A stretch of 64,000 nucleotides of DNA from an uncultured Candidatus Saccharibacteria bacterium (GCA_947169915.1 CAMVRN010000006.1:301-64300), one strand, 5' to 3'. Positions 36,759 through 46,139 are shown, counted from the first letter of the stretch. The notes: a model not told the origin generated them from the sequence alone. Numbers and translations: made by a program.

Positions 36759-37868
36759 ATGGAGGAAAAACGTTTGAAGAAAAAACAAAAACGTGTAAAA
36801 GTTGTTGATGAGCAGCTTGAAGAAGTTGAGGAAATTCAGCGTGGTGCTGTTTCGGAAGTTGAGGAGGCTCCAAAGAAAAAACTAAAAAACGACACGATGA
36901 CAGAAGAGGAGAAAAAGGAAGAGACTGTAGAGGAAGAAAAGAAGAAGGATAAGGGGAAGGGGAAGGGCTGGATTGCACTAATCATTATTTTAGTTTTGTT
37001 TGCTGGAGGAGCTTTTGTTGCAAAATCGATTTTGTTAAAAACTACTACTGAGAATGAAACTGTAAAAGTAAGTGATGATGCTCGAGGTTTTTCAAATTAT
37101 TTCAAGGAATATTTAGCTGACAGGATTGAAATTGAGAAGATAATTAGCACAGAGTATGATAAGTTGGACAAAAATGAAGCATTAAGTAAACTATCGAGTC
37201 TAAAAGACGGTTTTTCTAAAGTTGCACGTGGTACTTCTGGAAACTACATTAAATCGGTCTATGCCGAAATGGCAACGGTCATGGAAAATGATGCTTCGTT
37301 GTGTCTTACGTTAGTACGCGAGCTTCGCAGTATTTTGAATGACGATGATAAAAAGGCATTCGAGGAAAAAGTTGCGGAGACAAAAGAAGGACTTAGGAGT
37401 GCATTGTATGTCGCGAGAGCTGCATTCAAAGGTGACGTAACTGGGTTAAGCTCTAAGGGTGTTGTCGCCTTTGAAGGTGGTGCGATGGTTGAGGCAGGGG
37501 GTGGAGTGATGAATATATTTGTTGGTGATTTCCAGGATGGAATCGTGGCGGTTTCTTCGGACATGATGGAGGATGCTAAATCAATCGAAGCCGAGAAGTT
37601 GTATGGTTATAATGGAATACGAGTGATTGTGATTGGGGATAGTATGGCGTCAGAACTTGAGAGCGGATGGTTTAAGAATATCAAGTTGGAAATTGGAAGT
37701 CTGGAAGCAAAGATGACCAAAACAAAAGTAAGTTTTGTATTAAAGAGCCTGAGCAACGTTGAAGATGAACTAAAGGGGATGGAGATAAAGGGGTTAGTTG
37801 AAGAGGGCGAGAAGACCATTAATGAACAATTAACGGAAGCGGTGGCAGAAATAAAAGGTAAAAGGTAA
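36759..37868 (+). CDS. Hypothetical single-pass membrane protein
   Basis: 369 aa; K/E-rich N-terminus and TM segment WIALIIILVLFAGGAFV. Confidence 0.78.
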   Translation: MEEKRLKKKQKRVKVVDEQLEEVEEIQRGAVSEVEEAPKKKLKNDTMTEEEKKEETVEEEKKKDKGKGKGWIALIIILVLFAGGAFVAKSILLKTTTENETVKVSDDARGFSNYFKEYLADRIEIEKIISTEYDKLDKNEALSKLSSLKDGFSKVARGTSGNYIKSVYAEMATVMENDASLCLTLVRELRSILNDDDKKAFEEKVAETKEGLRSALYVARAAFKGDVTGLSSKGVVAFEGGAMVEAGGGVMNIFVGDFQDGIVAVSSDMMEDAKSIEAEKLYGYNGIRVIVIGDSMASELESGWFKNIKLEIGSLEAKMTKTKVSFVLKSLSNVEDELKGMEIKGLVEEGEKTINEQLTEAVAEIKGKR

Positions 37869-38728
37869 TGCCAGAGCTTCCCGAAGTCGAAACGATACGC
37901 AGAGGTCTTCAAAAATGCGTCGTTAAAGAAAAGGGTGGCAAAGTAATTAGGGTTGAGATTCTTGAAAAAAAGAGTTTCATTGGAGAGTCTTCTATGATAG
38001 TTGGCGCTAGCATAAGAACGCTTCGCCGACGAGGTAAAGCGCTGATTTTTGATTTTACTAATGGAACAAGTATCATTTGTCATTTGAGAATGACGGGACA
38101 GTTAATATGGACGTCAAGTGAGGAAAGATTTGCGGGCGGACATCCGAACGATAACTTCATTGCAGAACTGCCAAACAAGCAGACGAGAATAGTAATAGGT
38201 TTCGAGAGAGGGACACTATTTTTTAACGACCAGAGAAAATTTGGTTTTATGAGGGCACTAAAGACAGAAGATGTTGAAAACGACTCTTTCATTCGAAGGC
38301 TTGCGAAGGAGCCGTGGGAAATGTCTGGAGAAGAATTGTTTGCAAAATTGCAACGACATAAAGGCGCTCCGGTTAAAAGCGTGATTCTCGATCAATCTAT
38401 TATTGCTGGGCTAGGGAATATTTATGCAGATGAGACCTTGTTCTATGCGAAGATTAATCCGAAGCGAAAAGCGGGTAACGTTTCGAGAGACGAGGCTGAC
38501 GCCTTGATAGAGGGAGCAAGGGTTGTTATGGATAGGAGTTTGGAGGCAGGTGGTTCGACTATTCGGAATTATGTAAAAAGTGATGGAACGAAAGGTGATT
38601 ATCTCGAGCTTTTCGCGAAGGTTTTTAACCGTCAAGGTAAAAAATGTGAAAGATGTGGTGCGATAATTCTGAAGACAAGGGTTGGAGGAAGAGGTACGCA
38701 TTTTTGTCCTGTGTGTCAGAAACAGTGA
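37868..38728 (+). CDS. mutM: Formamidopyrimidine-DNA glycosylase
   Basis: MPELPEVE, RRGKAL, HLRMTG, AGLGNIYADE and zinc finger CERC...CPVCQ. Confidence 0.96.
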   Translation: MPELPEVETIRRGLQKCVVKEKGGKVIRVEILEKKSFIGESSMIVGASIRTLRRRGKALIFDFTNGTSIICHLRMTGQLIWTSSEERFAGGHPNDNFIAELPNKQTRIVIGFERGTLFFNDQRKFGFMRALKTEDVENDSFIRRLAKEPWEMSGEELFAKLQRHKGAPVKSVILDQSIIAGLGNIYADETLFYAKINPKRKAGNVSRDEADALIEGARVVMDRSLEAGGSTIRNYVKSDGTKGDYLELFAKVFNRQGKKCERCGAIILKTRVGGRGTHFCPVCQKQ

Positions 38729-38759
38729 TAAAATAGACTTAGTAAGGAGAGGTGAGGTA

Positions 38760-38867
38760 ATGAATAACAACGATATAGAAGATGAAGAAAAAGATATTGA
38801 GCTTTTGGAAAGCGAAATAAACGACAATACTGATTCTAAAGAAGAGAAGGGTGATTGTGGGGATTAA
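38760..38867 (+). CDS. Putative 35-aa highly acidic micro-protein
   Basis: MNNNDIEDEEKDIELLESEINDNTDSKEEKGDCGD; strong SD AAGGAGAGGTGAGG before the ATG at 38760; overlaps the start of the next gene. Confidence 0.5.
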   Translation: MNNNDIEDEEKDIELLESEINDNTDSKEEKGDCGD

Positions 38868-39486
38868 GCTTTTTACAGGCGATGACAGAATTCGAATTTC
38901 TGAAACGATAAAAAATGTACTGTCGAAAGACTATGAAGTCTTTGAAGGGGAAACGTTACGAGCTACAGATTTACCGGGGATTTTTTTTGGAACGACACTT
39001 TTTAGTAATGATAGAAGAATATTAATTAAGGATTTAGCTCAAAACAAAGAGGCGTTCGAAGATTTTTGTGCGAAATTTTCTGACTATAGTAAGACTGAAG
39101 CGAATGTGATTATTTGGGAAACGAAGTTGGACAAAAGAATGGCTTTGACCAAGAATCTAATTAAATCCGGGATTGAAATTCGCGAATTTAATCAAGCAAA
39201 AGGTGTTGATTCGAGGGCGGTTCTAGGGATTTTTGACTTGGCGCTTAGAGATGGAGGTGCTGCAGTAAAAGAGCTTGAAAAGATTGAAAAAGAACAGGAC
39301 CCGTATATGTTTCTGGGTTTAATGGCGAGTCAGGCTTTGAAAAAGCTAAGCTTTCGCCCGACTGGGAGTAGGGAAAAGAGGGTTTTGAAAGAGATTGCCG
39401 AGGTGGATATGCAAATGAAATCCACGGCTTTTGAACCGTGGATTTTGATAAAAGGCTTATTGCTTAGAATTACTTCTTTGCGGTAA
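38851..39486 (+). CDS. holA: DNA polymerase III delta subunit-like protein (short)
   Basis: IKLFTGDD start, LFSNDRRILIKD, 'IFDLALR' and KEIAEVDMQMKS; convergent with rpsT, a common holA context. Confidence 0.6.
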   Translation: MIVGIKLFTGDDRIRISETIKNVLSKDYEVFEGETLRATDLPGIFFGTTLFSNDRRILIKDLAQNKEAFEDFCAKFSDYSKTEANVIIWETKLDKRMALTKNLIKSGIEIREFNQAKGVDSRAVLGIFDLALRDGGAAVKELEKIEKEQDPYMFLGLMASQALKKLSFRPTGSREKRVLKEIAEVDMQMKSTAFEPWILIKGLLLRITSLR

Positions 39487-39748
39487 CTTTTTTGGTAGTT
39501 TTCTTTTTGCCAAGCTCTTTTGCAATTTTTGCGGCGCGGGATTTACGGCGAGAAGCAGTGTTTTTCTTTAGTAAACCTTTTTTGACGGCTTTGTCATACT
39601 CGCTTTGAAGTTTTTTCATGTTCTCAGCGATTGGTTTAGCTTCAAAAGCTTTGCGGGCAGCTTTGATAGCTTTCTTGATTTCTTGATTTTTTGTAGTGCG
39701 CTTTGTTGCTTGGCGTGCGGCCTTTTTGGCGGACTTAATAATCGGCAT
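39470..39748 (-). CDS. rpsT: 30S ribosomal protein S20
   Basis: MPIIKSAKKAARQ, KAVKKGLLKKNTASRRKSR; promoter TTGAAA-17-TATAAT upstream on the minus strand. Confidence 0.95.
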   Translation of the reverse strand: MPIIKSAKKAARQATKRTTKNQEIKKAIKAARKAFEAKPIAENMKKLQSEYDKAVKKGLLKKNTASRRKSRAAKIAKELGKKKTTKKVTAKK

Positions 39749-39875
39749 TTAAAATAGAATCCTATTAGTTAAATATATTTAATTTCTGTTATTATACCTT
39801 ATTCTGTCTGTTATTTCAAGAGGACGTTTTTCTTTGTCTGAAGATGTTTATGCTATAATGAAGAAAAGGAGAAAA

Positions 39876-41057
39876 ATGAAGATTCACAGTGTCTATATTG
39901 GCGGTTGGTTTCAAAGGACCATGTTGCAATTATCAGAGGTCTATGATTTTTTAAGGGGAACTGAAGGGATTGCAAAGTTGAGTCAGAAGAAGATGGCGGA
40001 TTATCGGGAGGCGCTTGAACTTGAGGATTTGGAATATGGAGTAAGTGGGGAGGAATTCCTATGTTTCAAATCAAAATTTGGAATTAGAGTGAAGATTTTC
40101 GAAGATGGTCTAATTACTTTAAGAAATGAGGACGTGAATTCTGAAACTCTTGTAAAAGACATCGCTAAGGTTCAGGATTATTATGAAAACAGACTTTCTC
40201 CCGCAATAAATTATTTGTTCAGTTTAGGTGCACCGGTACCTAAAGAACTTGCTAACATTGAAAATGTTTATCCGTACTTTATCGTGATGGATAAGGCAAC
40301 AAAAGACGAGATGCATGCTTTGCTAGAGCAGACTGATAGACAGAAGTATTTCGAATTCGACAATACAAACTATGACGTACTCCGTGGCGATAAGTATTAT
40401 TTCATTAATAATAAAGGTAAGAAGATTGACGAGATTGAAAGATATATCGAGGAGCAGATTTTTATTAGAGAGTTCAAGGGCCAGATGCATAGGTATTTGA
40501 ATATCCACAGAATCTTGTGGGATAGAATTGATGAAGTCAAAGCACATAAGATGGTTAAAGGGGAAGAAATTGTGAAGTTTTCAACTAAGCTTGAAGCTTA
40601 CGCAAAGACCATCACCCTCATTGATGGACGTATCAAGCAGATGTCAACTTATCTTCCAACTCGTGAGAAAATTGCAAAGGAAGATAAAGGACTTGCGGAG
40701 TTTTTGCAGATTTCTGGGTATAGGTATGAAACGCTTAGTGATACGCTTCAGTATATTACGTATCTTTGGGAAATGACGAAAAACTATGTCCAATCCGCGC
40801 AGAAACAGTTTGAAGGTATCAAAGCTGATGTGACTAGTAAATCTGTTGCAAGTTTGACCATCGTTACTACGATTTCTGCAGGTGCTGCAATTATCGGTTT
40901 GCTTACTTCGCAAACCCCAACGTTTACTTGGTCTGGGCTGATGTACGCTTGTGCATTGGGCATTTTAGGCTGGACTGCAAGCAGAGTCCTTAGATTCGTA
41001 TCTAATAAACAAAAGTATGATGTGACAGATGTTGAATACGAAAAGAATATTAAGTAG
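39876..41057 (+). CDS. Membrane protein with a CorA-like layout (large soluble domain, two C-terminal TM segments) but no GMN motif
   Basis: SD AAGGAG before MKIHSV; C-terminal 'SKSVASLTIVTTIS...' and two TM segments. Confidence 0.45.
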   Translation: MKIHSVYIGGWFQRTMLQLSEVYDFLRGTEGIAKLSQKKMADYREALELEDLEYGVSGEEFLCFKSKFGIRVKIFEDGLITLRNEDVNSETLVKDIAKVQDYYENRLSPAINYLFSLGAPVPKELANIENVYPYFIVMDKATKDEMHALLEQTDRQKYFEFDNTNYDVLRGDKYYFINNKGKKIDEIERYIEEQIFIREFKGQMHRYLNIHRILWDRIDEVKAHKMVKGEEIVKFSTKLEAYAKTITLIDGRIKQMSTYLPTREKIAKEDKGLAEFLQISGYRYETLSDTLQYITYLWEMTKNYVQSAQKQFEGIKADVTSKSVASLTIVTTISAGAAIIGLLTSQTPTFTWSGLMYACALGILGWTASRVLRFVSNKQKYDVTDVEYEKNIK

Positions 41058-42065
41058 ATGAAACAATATATAGACATAATACGAAATCTGCGAAAGGTGG
41101 CTGGACGCAAGAGGCATTTGGATTGGCTTCTTTTTGGCTCATCCGCCGCATATAACTTGATAGGACTTTTGCCTCCGCTTGCGACGGCGGGTATTATCCG
41201 AATGGTTACCGAAAGCAATTTTGCGGGTATTTGGATTTATGTGGGTATGTATCTCGGACTTTATGCGTTGTATTTCATCTTTATGCGCATAAATAACTAT
41301 ACTTATACGAGAATGGCAGAGTTTTATCATATTACTTTGCAGGAACGCATTTTTAAAAATGTAGAGAAGCACCCGGAAGTACTGGATAAGGCTACGATAG
41401 GACAGACGATGGATACCTTTGCTGATGATATTCGCTGGATGGTGGATGGCGTTAATGTGGCAACTGAAGCTTTTTTGCAAATAATTCGACTTTTAATTAT
41501 TTTTGGGATTTTCTTGATGGAAGATTTGAGAGTTGGATTGATTGCCGTGCTTGTTGACGCGCTTTATTTATTTGTGCTTAATAGAAATGCGAAGGAAGAA
41601 GCAAGAAAATATGCGAGTGCGAGGCGGGCCGAAGATAAAGCAATCAGTGCCTTTTCGGAACTTGTGAGCGTGAAGAGCGCGGTTGCAAAGGTGCAGGCAC
41701 AAGAATTTGGAATTTTGGGTGTCGCGAGTGAGGAAAGGATTGTTGGTACTGAGGATAAGCGTATTGCAGAACAGAAGGAAAGGATGGAAAAAAGTTTTGT
41801 GGGATGGAAGAGGGAATACCGGAAGAAACGCCGAGCGATTGCAAATAGAAATACGGTTTGGGCAGCAATTCCGTTTGTGGGGAAGATTGCTTTGTATGTA
41901 TTGCTTGCGAAAATGGTAATCGATGGAGCGATTGGCCTAGATATGTTGGTCCTTCTTGTTGGTTATTTCGAAATGACGATTACTTGCATGGACAAGCTAA
42001 CGGCGCACCTTCTAGAGTTGTCTAATTATGGCGTACGGGTTGAGCGAATAAGAAAAATATTATAG
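41058..42065 (+). CDS. ABC exporter-type transmembrane domain without an ATPase domain
   Basis: Six-TM ABC_membrane-like pattern (HITLQERIFKNV, IGQTMDTFADDI); no Walker motifs. Confidence 0.65.
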   Translation: MKQYIDIIRNLRKVAGRKRHLDWLLFGSSAAYNLIGLLPPLATAGIIRMVTESNFAGIWIYVGMYLGLYALYFIFMRINNYTYTRMAEFYHITLQERIFKNVEKHPEVLDKATIGQTMDTFADDIRWMVDGVNVATEAFLQIIRLLIIFGIFLMEDLRVGLIAVLVDALYLFVLNRNAKEEARKYASARRAEDKAISAFSELVSVKSAVAKVQAQEFGILGVASEERIVGTEDKRIAEQKERMEKSFVGWKREYRKKRRAIANRNTVWAAIPFVGKIALYVLLAKMVIDGAIGLDMLVLLVGYFEMTITCMDKLTAHLLELSNYGVRVERIRKIL

Positions 42066-42117
42066 GCTGGTTGCGCTAGCAAAATTCTTATGATAAACTT
42101 GATGTGGAATATTGCGC

Positions 42118-44175
42118 ATGGAAAAAGATCAAGATAAACAACCAGAACCAAAAATTGCAAACAACAGCGCGAAGGCTTCGGGCGAGAGTGTTGTTGATAA
42201 GGTTTTTGATAAAATTGAAGATGCTGAGAATATCCTTGTTGCGTTATCAAACGACCCTTCGGTTGACGAGCTTGCTGCGGCAATGGGTCTTTCCATGGTA
42301 CTCGATTCGATTGGAAAACATGCAACGGCTATTTATTCTGGGAAAACGCCAAATATTTTGGAATTCCTAAATCCATCTGAAAGATTTGAAACCAATACCG
42401 ATTCGTTGCAAGATTTTATTATTGCTCTGAATAAAGATAAGGCAGACCATTTACGCTATAAAATCGATGGTGATTTTGTTAAAGTCTATGTAACTCCATA
42501 CAAAACCACAATTAGTGGGGATGACCTTGAGTTTTCGCGTGGTGATTTTAATGTTGACCTTGTAATTTCTTTGAATGTTCCAGCTGCGACGGAACTTGAT
42601 GCAGCACTTCGTGAACATGGTAGGATTATGCATGATGCAACCTCTGTTAACGTTACGAATGGCGTTGCGGGAAAATTTGGTGACCTTGAGTGGGTTGATC
42701 CGAAAGCAAGCTCTATTTCCGAGATGATTGCGCAACTTGCCTTCGAGTTGAATGATAAGATGGATGAAGCAGCGGCGACAGCTCTTCTTACGGGTCTTGT
42801 TTCGGCGACCGATAGGTTCTCAAATCCAGCGACGACTCCTGAGGCAATGGCTTTGGCGGCTAAATTGATGAGTGCAGGCGCAGACCAGCAACTCGTAGTC
42901 CAGAATGTTCAGGGCGAGGTAAAATTCAATGGTGTCTCGAAGCTAAAGGACAGCAATAGATTGGACCTAAATAATGGTTCTGACGATACGGAAACTAGCA
43001 AGAAAAAGGAGCCAGAGGATGACGGCTCGAGTTTGAGTGTTTCTCATGAAGAAACGCAAGATATTCCTGAGGAAAAATCAGCCGAGATTCCTGCTGTTGA
43101 GAAAAGCGAATCCGTAGAAGTTCCAGAACAAGGTGATACGGAGAAATCAGAGGAAATTTCGGAAGAACCAGAGAAAGAAAATGTAGTAGAATCTTTGCCG
43201 GAACAAAAGAATAACAATGATGCAGTTGCATCAGCGATGGCTGAAGCACTTAATCCAATGGGGACCACTGGTGGGGTAGAGACAAATACCGAGGGCGGGG
43301 AAGGCTATGCTGGTGGTTCTGTTGCAGACCAGATTTTGAATGGTATTGAAAAAGGAAGTTCAAATGTCGGTTCGGCTGACTATGGAAAAATGATTGACGA
43401 TGCGCTTAATGAGCCTCTTCCTGGCGAAGGTGGTATTCAGGTTGGCATGAATGGTCCTGCTGGGCCACAGGTTGATACCCAAGATGTAGAAAAGATGGAA
43501 GAACAAGAAGCGCTTAACACGATTCACCAAGCGCAGGCGCAGGCTCAGGCAGAAATGCCGGCTATACCAGCTGGTGAATTACCTAAGATTGTCCCGACTG
43601 GTGGCTCTTTCGGATATGAATCTCCTTCTGAGCAAGGGATGGGGATGGCTGGTATGCAAATGAATCCTGCGATGATGCAGACACCTGGAATGGTGTCTCC
43701 TGATGCTTCTGGAGTACCTGATATGAACTTCCAAAATGGCGGTATGAGCGATGCGGGCGGAATGGGTATAGGAATGAACACTACTGGAATGGGAAATGAA
43801 GGGTTTGTAGGAGCTCCAGAATCGAATCCAATGCCGATGCCTGGACAAGAAATAGCACCACCACCTGTGTTGCCGGCACCTGATTTCGGAACGATGCCTC
43901 CAACTGATGTACCTAATGTTGCGCCAATCGAAAACGTAGTGCCAACTCCAGAACCAGTACCAACTCCAGATGTAACAGTTATGCCAGATATGAATGCGCC
44001 AATTACAGCTATGAATAATGACGCTGTTGGTGGAATTCCGCAGATGCCTAAGGTTGTCAATGGGCAGGACGTAAGTGATTTGCCGTTCGGGCAAAGCATT
44101 ATGGGAAACTTGGCCAATAATGGCGGTGGTGGCGGAGACCCATCAGCGTTTAAGATTCCTGGAATTCATACTTAG
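42118..44175 (+). CDS. Degenerate DHH/NrnA-like domain fused to a long Pro/Met/Gly/Glu-rich low-complexity tail
   Basis: ENILVALSNDPSVD, SSISEMIAQL, ATALLTGLVSATDRFS..TTPEAMALAAKLMSAGAD; the DHH residues are absent. Confidence 0.7.
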   Translation: MEKDQDKQPEPKIANNSAKASGESVVDKVFDKIEDAENILVALSNDPSVDELAAAMGLSMVLDSIGKHATAIYSGKTPNILEFLNPSERFETNTDSLQDFIIALNKDKADHLRYKIDGDFVKVYVTPYKTTISGDDLEFSRGDFNVDLVISLNVPAATELDAALREHGRIMHDATSVNVTNGVAGKFGDLEWVDPKASSISEMIAQLAFELNDKMDEAAATALLTGLVSATDRFSNPATTPEAMALAAKLMSAGADQQLVVQNVQGEVKFNGVSKLKDSNRLDLNNGSDDTETSKKKEPEDDGSSLSVSHEETQDIPEEKSAEIPAVEKSESVEVPEQGDTEKSEEISEEPEKENVVESLPEQKNNNDAVASAMAEALNPMGTTGGVETNTEGGEGYAGGSVADQILNGIEKGSSNVGSADYGKMIDDALNEPLPGEGGIQVGMNGPAGPQVDTQDVEKMEEQEALNTIHQAQAQAQAEMPAIPAGELPKIVPTGGSFGYESPSEQGMGMAGMQMNPAMMQTPGMVSPDASGVPDMNFQNGGMSDAGGMGIGMNTTGMGNEGFVGAPESNPMPMPGQEIAPPPVLPAPDFGTMPPTDVPNVAPIENVVPTPEPVPTPDVTVMPDMNAPITAMNNDAVGGIPQMPKVVNGQDVSDLPFGQSIMGNLANNGGGGGDPSAFKIPGIHT

Positions 44176-44213
44176 TTTTTGACATAGATAGTGGTTTGAT
44201 ATAATTGTCTGTA

Positions 44214-44924
44214 ATGGATGATATTTTGTTAATTGATAAACCAAAAGGAATGAGTTCGTTTGGCGTGGTTGCGAGAGTACGTAGGATTTTGAGCGATAGA
44301 ATAAGAAAAGAGTATGAGAGGCGTGGGGAAACGGTGCCAAAAAGACTGAAGGTTGGACACACGGGAACTTTGGACCCGTTTGCAACTGGGCTTCTTATTG
44401 TTTTAGTGGGGAAAGCAACGAAAAAGAGCAATGAGTTCTTAAAACTTGATAAGGAGTATGAGGCCGAGATAAGACTCGGCAAGGTATCAACGACTGGCGA
44501 CCCGGAAGGAACTATAAAAAAAGTATACGATGGGGAGGCAGTACAAGAAGAGATAGTTAAAAATGTTGTACAAAGTTTTGTGGGCGAAATTGAGCAAACG
44601 GTGCCGGCTTTTTCGGCAGTGAAAGTCAATGGCGAAAGGGCATATCGACTTGCAAGGAAGGGTATAGAAGTGGAGATGCCGACAAGAAGGGTAAAAGTAT
44701 ATAGCATTGAAGTTTTAGAGTATCAATTTCCGCTACTTAAGATTCGAGCGAACGTTTCTTCGGGGACTTATATAAGAACGCTTGGGGAAGATATAGGGAA
44801 GAAATTGGGGACGGGAGCGTATTTGACCGAGCTCAGACGGACTAAAATCGATAAATATAGAGTAGAAGATGCGGTTTCGCTGGACACTTTTAGCAGTTGC
44901 CAATCCGATACCTCTGTGATATAA
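44214..44924 (+). CDS. truB: tRNA pseudouridine(55) synthase
   Basis: LIDKPKGMSSF, KVGHTGTLDPFATGLL, PAFSAVKVNGERAY and SSGTYIRTL motifs. Confidence 0.96.
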   Translation: MDDILLIDKPKGMSSFGVVARVRRILSDRIRKEYERRGETVPKRLKVGHTGTLDPFATGLLIVLVGKATKKSNEFLKLDKEYEAEIRLGKVSTTGDPEGTIKKVYDGEAVQEEIVKNVVQSFVGEIEQTVPAFSAVKVNGERAYRLARKGIEVEMPTRRVKVYSIEVLEYQFPLLKIRANVSSGTYIRTLGEDIGKKLGTGAYLTELRRTKIDKYRVEDAVSLDTFSSCQSDTSVI

Positions 44925-44932
44925 TGTTCCGC

Positions 44933-45199
44933 ATGATTAGTAAAGATAAGAAAGCAGAAGCTATCAAGAAGCTCGCTCGTTCTAAGAATGATGTTGGTTC
45001 TCCTGAAGTGCAGGTTGCTATTCTCACCGAGAGAATTAAAGAGGTAACCGAGCATATTAAGGTAAACAAACATGATTATATGGCTCGTCGTGGACTTATG
45101 CAGATGGTAGGGAAGCGTAAAAAACTTCTCAAGTATCTCGAGAAGAATGACTTTGAGAGCTACAAGAATACTGTCAGCAAGCTTGGTTTACGCAAATAG
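44933..45199 (+). CDS. rpsO: 30S ribosomal protein S15
   Basis: NDVGSPEVQVAILT, HDYMARRGLMQMVGKRKKLLKYL, LGLRK. Confidence 0.96.
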   Translation: MISKDKKAEAIKKLARSKNDVGSPEVQVAILTERIKEVTEHIKVNKHDYMARRGLMQMVGKRKKLLKYLEKNDFESYKNTVSKLGLRK

Positions 45200-45261
45200 T
45201 TTCTCAAATACAACTTTCCCCCGGGCTTTATCGTAAGGATATGGCGCAGAGAAAAGAAAAG

Positions 45262-45292
45262 TCCCCACTCTGAAAACAGAGTGGGGATTTTT
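45262..45292. terminator. Bidirectional terminator
   Basis: TCCCCACTCTG-aaaa-CAGAGTGGGGA perfect 11-bp stem with A- and T-rich flanks. Confidence 0.88.
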
Positions 45293-45305
45293 ATGGAGAT
45301 TAATC

Positions 45306-45917
45306 TTAATCTTTTGCCTGAGCGGCTTTCCTTTTGTATTCTTTGGTGGATTCGGGATGAGCAATCGCATACGCGATGCGCTCAGCTCTTTTTTCCGCTT
45401 TTGTCTTTTTTGGTTTTGACATCAACTTTTTGGTCGTGTCGTGGTCTTTTAATCTGTTCTTATAGAGAAATGCGTCTAAGACGGACTTATTTTTCGTCTC
45501 TAGGAATGCAGACATACCATCTTCGGCGGAATACCACTTGTCGAAAATTACGGTCATTTCTGAGAAGATTAGATTCAATAATTCATTGTACTTCTTTTGA
45601 AGTTCCTCGATGCTGATTTTCTTGTCGCTATACTGACAGTAGCTAAATCCGTATGAACGAGAAATCCATCCTTCAGGGGTGACAGTATCTTTTCCGCGGT
45701 GTTCGATGACGATGTGCACATCATAAACGAACTCCTCAGTCTCTTCTCCGGTTTCGTCTCTCTTCTTGAGTTTCTCGTAATGAGAGCGTCTTGCACGAAA
45801 GACTTCCGTGACAGGGTCTAGAGAAGTACATGGGTTGCCGAAGTATTTCCATTTTGCAATGAACCTTTCTCCGTTTTTGATGAGATAGATACGCTCGGGT
45901 TTCGATTCGATTGGCAT
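45306..45917 (-). CDS. Hypothetical protein inserted between rpsO and pnp
   Basis: SD AAGGAGG before MPIESK; basic C-terminus; no family recognised. Confidence 0.72.
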   Translation of the reverse strand: MPIESKPERIYLIKNGERFIAKWKYFGNPCTSLDPVTEVFRARRSHYEKLKKRDETGEETEEFVYDVHIVIEHRGKDTVTPEGWISRSYGFSYCQYSDKKISIEELQKKYNELLNLIFSEMTVIFDKWYSAEDGMSAFLETKNKSVLDAFLYKNRLKDHDTTKKLMSKPKKTKAEKRAERIAYAIAHPESTKEYKRKAAQAKD

Positions 45918-46038
45918 TTTTAGTGCCCTCCTTGTAAAGTTCTTCTTCCTCAATAAGAGGTCGATACCTTGATTATATCATAAACGGAATAAAAAGTCAA
46001 TTATAGAGGTGTTTTTTAGGCAAAAACGGGGGAATTTG

Positions 46039-46124
46039 TGGTATACTATTGATAGTAATTTAAAGTGGGAAAACGGCAGAGAGGGATGGCGAAACGTTTC
46101 GCGGTCGGTCTCTGATGTTTTCCC
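46039..46124 (+). promoter_or_regulatory. pnp promoter and long 5'-UTR stem-loop
   Basis: TGgTATACT (46039-46047); nested stem GGGAAAAC/GTTTTCCC, CAGAGA/TCTCTG and GCGAAACGTTTCGC palindrome (46067-46124). Confidence 0.7.
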
Positions 46125-46139
46125 GGAAAGGAATCCTTA

